Below are positions 37,646-49,751 of a stretch of DNA of 64,000 nt, in pieces. How positions within the stretch are numbered: the first letter of the stretch is position 1; each line of letters opens with the position of its first letter. The notes under the pieces were generated by a model. It had not been told where the DNA came from and ran no database searches. It was given only the letters and a program-made list of their open reading frames with translations. The position numbers and the translations under genes are program-made. The DNA is taken from NCBI RefSeq assembly GCF_036365525.1, contig NC_090399.1, positions 8,555,558 through 8,619,557 of the forward strand, in the 5' to 3' direction. The DNA comes from Heterodontus francisci. Lineage: Eukaryota.

Positions 37646-38631
37646 TAAAATGCTGTTACATCTCATTACTTTTTGTTAATGGTAGAATAGTGTTCATAAT
37701 ACTGGCAAGAACCAACATGCCGCAGTACAGCAATGTGTCTGAATATTCGCATGAAAAAAATATACTTCAAACGTCAAACAGTGTTACTGAGAAAACTATT
37801 TGAAACATTCCATTTTAAGGGATGGTGACTATCACCTTCTTTGGGATTGAATGTCAAATTTAACCCACAAACATAGGATGAACTTCAGTGGCTGGCTGAG
37901 CTCCAAAGTAATGGCAGTAACAATCCAGATGCTTGTACAGAGGGATTCACAATACACAAAAACACAGAAACATTACTGCAAGTGAAATGAGAGGGTCTAA
38001 GGTGATAGCGGTGTGTGGCAAGATCTCAATAATATAGTGTACAATGCTTGGTTAGACCTTAACATCTTTAGACTGTGAACATGAGAGACAGTTACGAGAT
38101 GCTGAAAGAAAGCAAAAAGACAAATCATTGCATTTAACATAAAATTGTAACAGGCTTATATTGCACGTGTATATTGACCTACACAATGAAATCTGTACCC
38201 TCGTGTTAATGTGCCAGAGAAGACATCAGTCACCAAATATGTTACGCAAGGGAGTCCAACAGAAATAATAAATGAAGCCCATCTCTTGCATCCACACAAA
38301 TACACCTCATTTGTAAACAGAAGACACCATATTTTTTTTTTTTTAACGGGACAGACTGAAACTTGGGTTTCATCAGACACATTGAAAAGAAGAACATTAC
38401 ACTTTGACCTTTGAATACAAGGACTGATAGCAGATTTTTGGTCTTAAACAGTCTCCAGCATCTTGCAAGTAGACATTATGGTGAGTACCGACTAACAATT
38501 CAGTGGTTGGGACATCTGGATTGAACAGACATCTGCCTCAACCAAACAATTTGGTTCAGTTTGCAAGGTGACTTCTCGATAAAGGTTGTATTGTGTTCCT
38601 CGCACAGGAGGATGACTTATGCCGAATTCCC

Positions 38632-38847
38632 CTATGCAGTCTGCCTCGATGTCTCTAAAACTAAGTTTTGCATGTCTGACAGAGCAGTCTCCAGAGATTT
38701 TGAAAACCATTCTGCATTAGTCTCTTCACAGCAGTTGAAGGCAGAGACCGAGAAATTGATATGGTCTTCTAGGGGATTGTACCAGACGCCATATCCATCT
38801 GGCACCATGGGACCAAAGCACATCACGCAGTCTGCTCGGGCGGCCAC
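38632..38847 (-). CDS. Carnitine O-acetyltransferase-like, terminal exon (VAARADCVMCFGPMVPDGYGVWYNP...LETSRQTA*)
   Basis: Acceptor cctgtacag|; 216 nt including TAG; DCVM-x-FGP-x-VPDGYGV-x-YNP motif of CrAT. Confidence 0.95.
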   Translation of the reverse strand: MAARADCVMCFGPMVPDGYGVWYNPLEDHINFSVSAFNCCEETNAEWFSKSLETALSDMQNLVLETSRQTA

Positions 38848-39329
38848 CTGTACAGGAGAAAAGATTCAACATTAAGGCCAATCTTTTAGCATCAAAACAA
38901 CTAACACATGCACAGTACATGAACTTACCTCCACCTCCACCAGACTCACCATTTTGGACTCTCAGCCCAGGAAATGAAAACCACACATTTCTATTGCCAC
39001 GCCATCCTCACAGCTTTACTCCTTACCATGAGTAAGAGATGAAGCCTAGGTCAAAGTGTCTGATCCTGAATGACTACAGAGGCTGCCAGGATTAATCATA
39101 GATGTTGCTTCAGTAAATCAGACCATCCAAAGCTTGTAAGTCAGTGGGAGGATTCAAGGGTGATCAATGTGAGATGCACTGGTTGAGTTGGAGTTCACAA
39201 GATGCCAAAAGGATAAAACTACACAGCTCAATATACCAATACTGAGTTCTGATTGAACCAGAAAGTTAGAGGCATACAAATTAGGAACATGCGTTGACTG
39301 GGAGGGGCAGTACCTTCGTCTGCAACGTA

Positions 39330-40215
39330 GCTGGGCTCCGTTCAGAGTCAGAAGATAATGAGTCCAAGCTCTGACCCCAGAACCAAATATAGTCTAGGCT
39401 GACAGTCCAGTACTGAGTGGGTGCTGCACTGTCAGGGTGAGATGTTAAACCAAGCTCTCAGCTCTTTTTCACTAGTTCTCCCAATGCTCTGGTCAACATT
39501 CCACCAACACCACTAAAAATAGGTGAAGTCATCATTTACCTCATTCTTGTTCATGGGATCATGCTATGCACAAAATGCCTGCCATTTTCAAAGTAATTGT
39601 GTTGAGACATGGATGTGCTGAGGCATCTCTGACCAAAGTGATAGATGCTATATAAATGCAGGACTCTCTTTTCCTACCTCTGCTGTCCTCCAATTGTGCA
39701 TGGCCAACAATTCCAACCTAATTTAGTGCCTAGAAATACACATAAAGATTAGACTGGATTTCCTGGTTATTGACAGCCAAATCCAACAAAAAAAAAACAA
39801 TTGCTCCACGTGTACCGAGACCTTTCATCTCTTTAAGCATTTGTCCAGTAAAGTTTAATTTCAGTGATAATTTTAACTTCAACTATTCTGTCAGATAGCA
39901 TGGTTCTGCATGATGACTGTAATCTGTAAATGATCTTCCCTCATATTCTGTACATTTTCCTCTGATTTTGCAAGTTCCCCTCCCAGACCTTAACTCTCTC
40001 CTGTGAGTCAAAAGGTTGAACACACAGGTCCCATCCAAACTCGAGTGCTAAATCTAGGTTGACACTTCAATGCTGTACCATAGGAAGTCTACCTCAGTGT
40101 TATTACTGAGGGAGTGCTGCATTGTTGAAGGTGCTGTCTTTTGGATGAGATGTTAAATCGAGTCTCTGCCTACCTGTTCAGGGGGAGCTAAAATATCCTA
40201 TGGCATTATTTGAAG
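39330..40215 (+). mobile_element. Two old DeuSINE fragments (~39330-39670 and ~40000-40215)
   Basis: gagtcagaag...gtgctgcactgtc...gagatgttaaac core. Confidence 0.55.
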
Positions 40216-40249
40216 AGTGGGACAGCAGGTACAGAGATAGTGAATGAAT

Positions 40250-42150
40250 TCCCTAGACTTTCAATTGGTCCCAGCAGTATGGAAGGTAGCAAACACAGTA
40301 CCACTATTCGAGAAAGGAGGGAGAGAGAAAACACAGGGAACTATAGGCCAGCTAGTCTGACATCAGTAATAGGCAAAATGCTAGAATCTATTATTAAGGA
40401 TGTGGTAAGAGGGCACTTAGAAAATCATAAAATGATTAGGCAGAGTTCACATGGATTTATGCCAAATTGAGGATGTAACTAGTACGATGGATAAGGGGGA
40501 CCCAGTGGATGTAGTGTACGTAGATTTTCGAAAAGCATTCAATAAGATGCAATACAACAGGTTATTACACAAAATTAAGGCACATCAGATGGGGATAATA
40601 TATGAGCGTGGATTGTGGTTGGTTAATGCATAGAAAACAGAGTGGAGGAATAAATGGGTCATTTTCAGGTCGGCAGGTTGTTAACCTTTATTACAAAGGG
40701 ATTGAAATATAAGAGTAAAGAAGTCTTAATATTATACAGGGAATATTGTGTATAGTTTTGGTCTCCTTACCTATGAAAGGATATACTTGCTTTACAGGAA
40801 GTGCATTGAAGGGATGAGGGGATTGTCTTATGAGGAGAGATTGAATAGATGAGGTCTACAGTCCCTAGAGTTGAGAAGAATGAAAGGTGATAATACTGAA
40901 ATATATAAAATTAGAATCATAGAATAGTTACAGCACAGAAGGAGGCCATTCAGCCTGTCAAGACTGTGCCAGCTACTCAGCTAGTTCCACTCCCCTGCCT
41001 TTTACCCATGGTCCTACAATTTTTTTCTCCAAATAATTGTCCAATGCCCTTTTGAAAGCCACAATTGAACCTATCTCCACCACACTCTCAGACAGTGCAT
41101 TCCAGATCCTAACCAGTGTGTAAAAAAAAAAGTTTTTCCTCATGTTGCCTCTCTTTCTTTTGCAACTGCCTTAAACCATATCGTCCTTGCTTTTGTACAT
41201 TAAGCCTTTAGTCTTAAAGCCCAGGATTCCATGTGCCTTATTAACTGCTTTCTCATCCTGCCTTTAATAAGTTGTGCACATATCTTTTAGAATCCCTTCA
41301 GAATTGTACCCTTTAATTTATACTGCCTTTCTATGTTCTTCCTATAAAAATGTATCACTTCACAATTCTCTGCATTAAATTTCATTTGCTATGTGTCCAC
41401 CCATTCCACCAGACTATGTCCTCTTGAAGTTTAGCACTATCTTCCTCACAGTTCACAATACTGCCAAGTTTTGTGTCATCTACAAATTTTTATAGAAATT
41501 GTGCCCTATACACCCAAGTTCAGATCATTAATATAGATCAAGAAAAGTAGTGGTCCCAATACTGACCCCTGGGGAACTCAACTATCTACCTTCCTCCAGC
41601 CTGAAAACAACAGCTCACCAATACTTGCTATTTCCTGTCATTCAGCCAACTTTGTCTACATGCTGCCACTGTCCATTTTGTTCCATGGGCTTCAACGTTG
41701 TGGACAAGCATGTTATGTGGCACTTTTATCAAGGAGCTTTTGGAAGTCCATCTATCCCACATCAACTGCATTACCATCATCAACTATCTCTCTCATTTTA
41801 TCAAAAAACTCAATCAAATTAGTTGAACACAATTTTACCTTCACAATCCATGCTGGCTTTCCTTAATTAATTCACATCCGTCTATGTGACTGTTAATTTT
41901 GTCTGAAATTTCTTCACACAAAGTGTTGTGAATTTTGGAATTCTCTCCCTCAGAAGGCTGTGAATGCTCTGTCATTGAGTCATATTCAAGACAGAGTAAT
42001 AAGATTTTTGAATACTAGGGGAAATCAACAGATATTGGGATACTGTGGGAAGGTGAAGATGAAAAGGAAGATCAGCCATGGTCTTATTGAATGGTGGAGC
42101 AGGCTTAAAAGGGACAAATTGCCTACTCCTGCTCCTATTTCTTATCTTCT
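40250..42150. mobile_element. Decayed CR1 fragments in alternating orientation
   Basis: NYRPASLTSVIGKMLESII and VDVVY-x-DF-x-KAF (+); minus-strand RT at ~40915-41900; plus-strand 3' end at ~41910-42150. Confidence 0.75.
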
Positions 42151-42981
42151 CTAGTGAAATTTTATCCTCATCAACCCCCACCAACGGATTCACCTTAATT
42201 GCTGTTTGAGAGATCTGGCTGCCTTTTCTTCTAGATTACGGGGACTGCCTTTCAAACGTAATTATTTGACTGAAATGCTTTGAGACATTCTGAGAATGTG
42301 AAAGATGCTATATAAATTCATTCTTCCTGTCACTGCCCCCACTCCTCCCCTGAGAACAACAAAGCAGATCTACGAAAGACTTTAGTAAAGGCTTTAATAA
42401 AAATGTCTGTAATTCTTCTGTCTTTGAGGACAGAGAAAGCCCATTTAAACCATGTGATTTTAACCATATGATATCACACAGTTAATTGGATGATGCATTT
42501 CAACCAGACATCTCAAAGCACTTCATCTATAAAAGTGCTTTGAATGTTTTAGGCATTCTGTGCACAGCAACATCCCACAAAAAGTAATGAAGTAACAGGA
42601 AACAAATAAAAATAGATTGCTCTTTTCAGGAATAGGGTGCTCTCTTAAATCAGGGACTTAATTTTCCCAGTGTTATTTTCAGTGCACTGTTTAACACATT
42701 TGTGTTCAAATCCAGTCTCTGGATTTTAGGAGTGTGCAAAAAATGACACTAAAAGTAAATTAAAGTTCAATGTTTAATAAGAAGCTAAATGATGAGCTAT
42801 CATTTAACATTTAACTCTAAAGATATTTAGCCCATGTTCATTTCAATTTATTTTTCATTTGAAATCTGTTATGTTCTCCTGAAGTATTATATACACCCAA
42901 CTTAAGAACTACAACCTCAAATGATCATAGGGTCAGATTGCTCCAGAAAGTCTGAATATATAGAAGGGTAAATTTTCCAAG

Positions 42982-43762
42982 TGTCAGGCAAACCCCCCAC
43001 CCAAGACAGAGGTACACATTATTTTGCCTCATGAACATTAAAACTTAAAAATTGCAAGTTCCTGACTGGAAAGACATTTTCATCGTACCAGACAATGTGG
43101 AAACAAAGGAAGCCAGTCCCTGCCCCCAATACACAGAAAGAGACCGGTCAAACCAGTCGGTCACGTGACCACCTCCTGGCCAACTCGGGAAGTTTTAAAC
43201 TGGACAAACAGATTTTGAACTCAGAACACCGTGTGCTGATGAACTGAGAACATGTCCTCGCCTGTCTGCCTGCTTCCATCTGCTTTCCATGGAACTGAAT
43301 CTTGTGAAAACATGTGAAACACAAAGAGAGAAAGGTTTCCTACATGAACAAGATTTTAAGAAGACTACTGGGCCCCAATGAAAAGCAGGACTACTTACAA
43401 AACGACTACAGTGAGCTCAAAGCACCGTGACAAGACAGTGCCTCAAACTGTTCCACCTTATCTTTTCTGTCCCTATTTGCATATGTATACCGCGTGTGCA
43501 TGCTAGCGTGGGTGTGTCATATATCCGTAGGCGTGAACCATATTACAGTTTAAGCTTTAAGTTTTAATAAAATTTCATCTTCTTTCAACTTGAGAAAGCC
43601 TGTGTGAATTGGTTTCTTTGTCTTATAATTGGAAAACGGTGAACAAGGATTCACAAAGGGGGGAGCTCAAAACACAGTGTGTTTAAAATTAAACCCTGTT
43701 ACAATAAGTCCAGGTGAAGATAGTAACAGACCCCTAGACACCTTTCGCACCTGGTCATAACA
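42982..43762 (+). mobile_element. Solo LTR (probably Gypsy-type), ~780 bp
   Basis: TGTCAGG...GTCATAACA termini; internal TATA-like ttttaaa (~43193) and AATAAA (43566-43571); TSD imperfect (caag / aagg). Confidence 0.65.
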
Positions 43763-43988
43763 AAGGCACCACACCACAGGCTGGACCTTGCACACAGCTA
43801 CATATTTCAGAAAATCATGGGCATGCTACCTGCAATTGTACAATAAGCACTGGACAGAGGGCCTTTGAAATGAGACAGTGAAGAATATCTGGGTGTGACT
43901 GCTGTGTGGTAATCCCATTGACAATTCAGGAGATACTGTAATTATTATTATTCCCTGACATTATTCCCTGTTCCCAGTTTAGACATAC

Positions 43989-44126
43989 CTGTCCTGTTGA
44001 GAGCCTCCAGTGTGTCGCCACAGCAAAAGATGTGTCCATGAAGATCTCTGGCACACTCAGACCTTCTTCAATAGCCTGCAGCTTCAGGCCCAGCAAGTGC
44101 CTGTCAATCGCCATTCCTTTAAGTGC
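43989..44126 (-). CDS. CRAT-like exon (ALKGMAIDRHLLGLKLQAIEEGLSVPEIFMDTSFAVATHWRLSTGQ)
   Basis: cacag| ... |gtatgt; 138 nt; DRHLLGLK motif; the STS motif reads STG. Confidence 0.95.
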
Positions 44127-44344
44127 CTGTGAGTAAAATAGAACAAGTATGTTCTTTGAAAGTAAAAGATTCTGTTCAAATTCCTCAGATAGTTAATGAG
44201 CGCTTACTGCTTCAATTATCCTATCCAGTTATCTGTATAATGCTAGGTTTAATAATAGTCCCTAATTGCACAGTCGATACTTGAGCTATGAAGTGTGTTA
44301 AACCATCATAGACACTACTATTTTCATCAACCATAACCTATATT

Positions 44345-45004
44345 GTATCAGGCCTGTGTCCTCAGTACCTTGCTCTTTGACAGCGAGGCCTGGACAACGT
44401 ATGTCAGCCAAGAGCGACGTCTCAATTCATTCCATCTTCGCTGCCTCCGGAGAATACTTGGCATCAGGTGGCAGGACCGTATCTCCAACACAGGAGTCCT
44501 CGAGGTGGCCAACATCCCCAGCTTATACACACTACTGAGTCAGCGGCGCTTGAGATGGCTTGGCCATGTGAGCCGCATGGAAGATGGCAGGATCCCCAAA
44601 GACACATTGTACAGCGAGCTCGCCACTGGTATCAGACCCACCGACCGTCCATGTCTCCGCTTTAAAGACGTCTGCAAACGCGACATGAAATCCTGTGACA
44701 TTGATCACAAGTCGTGGGAGTCAGTTGCCAGCGTCCGCCAGAGCTGGTGGGCAGCCATAAAGGCGGGGCTAAAGTGTGGCGAGTCGAAGAGACTTAGTAG
44801 TTGGCAGGAAAAAAGAGAGGCGCAAGGGGAGAGCCAACTGTGTAACAGCCCCGACAAACAAATTTCTCTGCAGCACCTGTGGAAAAGCCTCTCACTCCAG
44901 AATTGGCCTTTATAGCCACTCCAGGCGCTGCTTCACAAACCACTGACCACCTCCAGGCGCTTATCCATTGTCTCTCGAGATAAGGAGGCCGAAGAAGAAG
45001 AAGA
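44345..45004 (+). mobile_element. Young RTE-clade LINE 3' part with TSD
   Basis: YQACVLSTLL, RCLRRILGI-x-WQD and RLRWLGHV-x-RM-x-DGRIPK; (GAA)n tail; 12-bp TSD ATAACCTATATT (44333-44344 and 45005-45016). Confidence 0.93.
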
Positions 45005-45604
45005 ATAACCTATATTCCAACAACATAGATCAAGTCCCTCTTGTAACATTCTCTTATATAATAAGGTTTACCTAAAGTCTCATGGCCACGCACAGATTGA
45101 AATACTAACCAACATCCCAATAATAATGGGAAAAAGGATTAACAGCTATAATACCGTACATACCAAAATGTCAAAATTATCAGCAGTTCCCTCTGCTTTC
45201 TTCAATATGAAGCCATGGCCACTACCTTGCCCTTAACACTACTTACACATTCCCTTAACTGATTTACATCCTCAGATTCATAGAATCCTTTTGTACTTCA
45301 TCATTCATCTCATTTCAGAAATGTCTTATTCTGCTCTCTTTTCTATAGCTTGTGATATTCTGTATTCTGAGACTTTCTCCTCTCACAAATGTCATCTACC
45401 ATTTTCTCACTCAATTCTATCTCGAGAAGCTCATAGAAGAAACAATCTTTCAGACCATTAGGTTAATTGGAATTACATTGGCCATTGATCTTACCCTCTC
45501 CCAGGAAATTGGATCACAAAGTCTCAACAAAAAAAGCCAAACCACTACCAGAACTGGCATGCAACAGATTTCATGGAACAGTTTGGATTCAGATTCCCTC
45601 TTAC

Positions 45605-45667
45605 CATGTCTGTGTAAGCACCATGGCAATCGACAGCTTTCCTCAATGCTGCTATCTTCTGGCCCAA
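45605..45667 (-). CDS. CRAT-like 63-nt exon (LGQKIAALRKAVDCHGAYTDM)
   Basis: ttccttgaataacag| ... |gtaag; 63 nt, phase 0-0; aligns to CrAT EHQKVELLRKAVQAHRGYTDR. Not in the ORF track. Confidence 0.92.
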
Positions 45668-45880
45668 CTGTTATTCAAGGAAGAGAAAAGTATATAATGT
45701 TAATCATGGTGAACTGCACAATATCAAAAATGCATTCAGAAAAAGGTTGGTTTGCAATCATTTGCTTTGTAACATGTTAGAGTGATTTCCCTCACATGGT
45801 AAAACTGCATGTGATCAGTTTGTCTCTGCCTGGTTGGCCCTTGGTATCTTGAAGATACTATTTAATGCTGGTGTCATTGC

Positions 45881-47217
45881 AATCAGTGAGTATGGTCCTC
45901 CAGTCAGGATCAACACTGGGATCAGTGAGTGGGAATCCCCAGTCAGGATCAACACTGGGATCAGTGAGTGGGAATCCCAGTCAGGATCAACACTGGGATC
46001 AGTGAGTGGGAATCCCCAGTCAGGATCAACACTGGGATCAGTGAGTGGGAATCCCCAGTCAGGATCAACACTGGGATCAGTGAGTGGGAATCCCCAGTCA
46101 GGATCAACACTGGGATCAGTGAGTGGGAATCCCAGTCAGGATCAACACTGGGATCAGTGAGTGGGAATCCCCAGTCAGGATCAACACTGGGATCAGTGAG
46201 TGGGAATCCCCAGTCAGGATCAACACTGGGATCAGCGAGTGAGGATCCCAGTCAGGATCAACACTGGGATCAGTGAGTGAGGATCCCCAGTCAGGATCAA
46301 CACTGGGATCAGTGAGTGGGAATCCCCAATCAGGATCAACACTGGGATCAGTGAGTGGGAATCCCCAGTCAGGATCAACACTGGGATCAGTGAGTGGGAA
46401 TCCCCAGTCAGGATCAACAATGGGATCAGTGAGTGGGAATCCCCAGTCAGGATCAACACTGGGATCAGTGAGAGAGGATCCCCAGTCAAGATCAACCCTG
46501 GGATCAGTGAGAGAGGATCCCCAGTCAGGATCAACACTGGGATCAGTGAGTGAGGATCCCAGTCAGGATCAACCCTGGGATCAGTGAGAGAGGATCCCCA
46601 GTCAGGATCAACACTGGGATCAGTGAGTGGGAATCCCCAGTCAGGATCAACACTGGGATCAGTGAGTGAGGATCCCAGTCAGGATCAACCCTGGGATCAG
46701 TGAGAGAGGATCCCCAGTCAGGATCAACACTGGGATGGTGAGTGAGAATCCCAGTCAGGATCAACACTGGGATTAGTGAGTGGGAATCCCCAGTCAGGAT
46801 CAACACTGGGATCAGTGAGTGAGGATCCCCAGTCAGGATCAACACTGGGATCAGTGAGTGGGAATCCCCAGTCAGGATCAACACTGGGATTAGTGAGAGA
46901 GGATCCCCAGTCAGGATCAACACTGGGATCAGTGAGTGAGAATCCCAGTCAGGATCAACACTGGGATTAGTGAGAGAGGATCTCAGTCAGGATCAACACT
47001 GGGATCAGTGAGTGGGAATCCCAGTCAGGATCAACACTGGGATCAGTGAGTGAGGATCCCAGTCAGGATCAACACTGGGATCAGTGAATGAGGATCCTAG
47101 TCAGGATCAACACTGGGATCAGTGAGTGAAGATCCCAGTCAGGATCAACACTGGGATCAGTGAATGAGGATCCTAGTCAGGATCAACACTGGGATCAGTG
47201 AGAGAGGATTCCCAGTG
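45881..47217. repeat. 38/39-bp minisatellite (cagtcaggatcaacactgggatcagtgagtgggaatccc) x ~34
   Basis: Tandem units are directly visible; they explain the 13-aa periodic ORFs. Confidence 0.95.
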
Positions 47218-47349
47218 ATTAGTACTCCCAATGTACAATAAGTTCAGGTATTCCTAAACCAGTTCCGAATGAACTACAAGCCTAGGGCACAAAATGGCCA
47301 ACAATTTGACTGGATGGATAGCTATTGTGGAAAAGTCACAATTCACACT

Positions 47350-47885
47350 TCTTACTTGAGAAAGGATATACTGGCACTGGAGAGGGTGCAGAGGAGGTTC
47401 ACTAGGTTGATTCCGGAGTTGAGGGGGTTGGCTTATGAGGAGAGACTGAGTAGATTGGGATTATATTCATTGGAGTTCAGAAGAATGAGGGGGGATCTTA
47501 TAGAAACATATAAAATAATGAAGGGAATAGATAAGATACAAGTAGAGAGGATGTTTCCACTGGCAGGTGAAGCTAGGACAAGAGGGATTAGCCTCAAGAT
47601 TAGAGGGAGCAGATTTAGGACTGAATTAAGAAGGAACTTCTTCACCCAGAGGGTTGTTAATCTATGGAATTCCTTGCCCAGTGAAGTAGTTGACGCTTCT
47701 TCAGTAAACGTCTTTAAAGCTAAGGTAGATATCTTTTTGAACAATAAAGGAATTAAGGGATACGGTGGGAGCGCGGGTAAGTGGATCTGAGTCCACGAAA
47801 AGATCAGCCATGATCTTATTGAATGGCGCAGCAGGCTCGAGGGGCCGGACGGCCTACTCCTGCTCCTAGTTCTTATGATCTTATT
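47350..47885 (+). mobile_element. Young CR1 3' end, near-identical to 33585-34110 in opposite orientation
   Basis: Nearly the same peptide (...ERMFPLAGEARTRG...GYGGSAGKWI) and 3'UTR. Confidence 0.93.
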
Positions 47886-48574
47886 ACAGCAATATGATTG
47901 AGACTAAATCATTTGGAGGAGCATTGCTCTAAACTGGGCCTTGTCATACCTGACCTGCCAATGGTTGGTGTTAACACCAGGAGCTGATAATGGGAAAAGT
48001 TTGCTCATTCTCATCATTGAAACCTTTCATTTTTAAAAGTGCAAAGACATTTATTTATAGAGTAAAGGACTGTGGCTCTCATGACAGATATAGAGTCAGA
48101 TTGAGAGGTAGGATGCTGTGAACACGTTGAGGCAGAGCTAATTTTCCAAAGGTTTGTAAGCTTCCAGAAGGCTGCATAAACGTTGAGCTAATCTCTACTT
48201 TGGCTATTGTTTTCCTCTGCGGGTTGTATTTTTTTCATGATTTCATTACTAACAGCCAGATATTTGTGCACACGACATCTATCATAGGTTTCGTTGCCTC
48301 TATATTTGTGTCCTATCCTCGAAAGCAATACCATCAGCAAAGTCAGACTCATTGGAAATCTTTTCCCGGCTTTGTTCCTTGACTTTTAGTTGAGTACAGA
48401 ATATGGTATAACTCTGACTGAAGCAATATATAGCCAAATATACACTGCCTACACAGACCAAGTAGAGAAGCTGGTCTGAAAATTCCACTGGAGTTCTCCC
48501 ACCATAACATCATCAGCAAATCGGTGGAGACACAATTTAAATGGCCATTGATGTTGTTGCTATGGAATTTTGGA

Positions 48575-49445
48575 AACCATCCCTGTCTCAGCTCATCTGC
48601 TGGTGAAACCCTCATCCATGCCTTTGTTATCTGTGAAGTTGACTATTCCAACGCACTCCTGTCTGGCCTCCCACATTCGACCCTCTGCCTCGATTTTACA
48701 ATTGTCATCTTTGTTTTCAAATCCCTCCAAGGTCTTGCCCCTCCCCATCTCTGTCACATCCTCCAGCCCCACAACCCTGTGCTTCTGTAATTCTGGCCTC
48801 TTGAACATCCCCAATTTTAATCGCTCCACAATTCGTGGCCATGCCTTCAGTCACCTAGGCTCTAAGTTCTGGAATTCCCTCCCTAAACCTCTTTCCTCCT
48901 TCAAGACACTCCTTAAAACCTACCAAGTGTTTTGGTCACCTGCCCAAATACCGCTTTTTAAAAAATGTGTTCTTGGGATGTGAGCATCACTGGCAAGGCC
49001 AGCATTTATTACCCACCCCTAACTGCCCCTGAGCAGGTGGTGGTGAGCCACCTACAACTGGGCCATTTCAGAGGGCAGTTAAGAGCCAACCACATTAGTG
49101 TGGGTCTGGAGTCACATGTAAGGACAGCAGATTTTCTCCCCCACAGAACATTAGTGAACCAGATGGGTTTTCAGGACAATCGGCAGTTTCATAATCACTA
49201 TTAATGATTCAGATTCGGTCATTAATTGAAATTAAATTTCTCCAGATGCCGTGGTGGGATTTGAACTCCTGTCTCAGGAATATAAGTCTGGGCCTCTAGA
49301 TTACTAGTTCAGTTACATAACCACTGTGCTACTCTCCCCCTTATGTGGCTCGGCATCACATTTTGCCTGATAATGATTCCATGAAGTGCCTTAGGATGTT
49401 TCATTAAGTTAAAGGTGCTATATAAATACAAGTTGCTTTTGTTCT
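48575..49445 (+). mobile_element. L2 fragment interrupted by a minus-strand tRNA-SINE (~48965-49338)
   Basis: ETLIHAFV...DYSNALL; the L2 tail resumes after the SINE. Confidence 0.75.
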
Positions 49446-49615
49446 TTTACTCACTGTCAGTAATGGCCCTGCAAAATTTCAAGACCATTATTATTTAATT
49501 TTACTACAATTGCTCAAATTAAATCTCTATTGCTGCTATTCAAGGGGTTCAGAATTTAGTTTAAGGGAAGGGGGGGGGGGAACATATTTCTATACAATTT
49601 CTAGTGACAAAGTAC

Positions 49616-49751
49616 CTCCTTTTCTGGATCATCCATACTTGTCACAAACTGCAAGGAATCTGTAGATGATGATCGGATTACATCAGTGCGTCCTAGGTGG
49701 AAGTTTCTCAGTGAAACGCTTTCGCATGTGGCACACAGCTCCTTGTACATT
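49616..49751 (-). CDS. CRAT-like exon (MYKELCATCESVSLRNFHLGRTDVIRSSSTDSLQFVTSMDDPEKE)
   Basis: ttttcag| ... |gtact; 136 nt; aligns to CrAT CATYESASLRMFHLGRTDTIRS. Confidence 0.95.

Noticed and set aside
38617-38634. Stop-codon read-through creating a cryptic PTS1
   Set aside because: The stop context is TAG-G rather than TGA-CTAG, and the extension ends -NSA, which is not a PTS1.
45881-47217. CRISPR-like array of palindromic ~39-bp repeats
   Set aside because: Units are head-to-tail with no unique spacers, there are no cas genes, and the context is a vertebrate intron.
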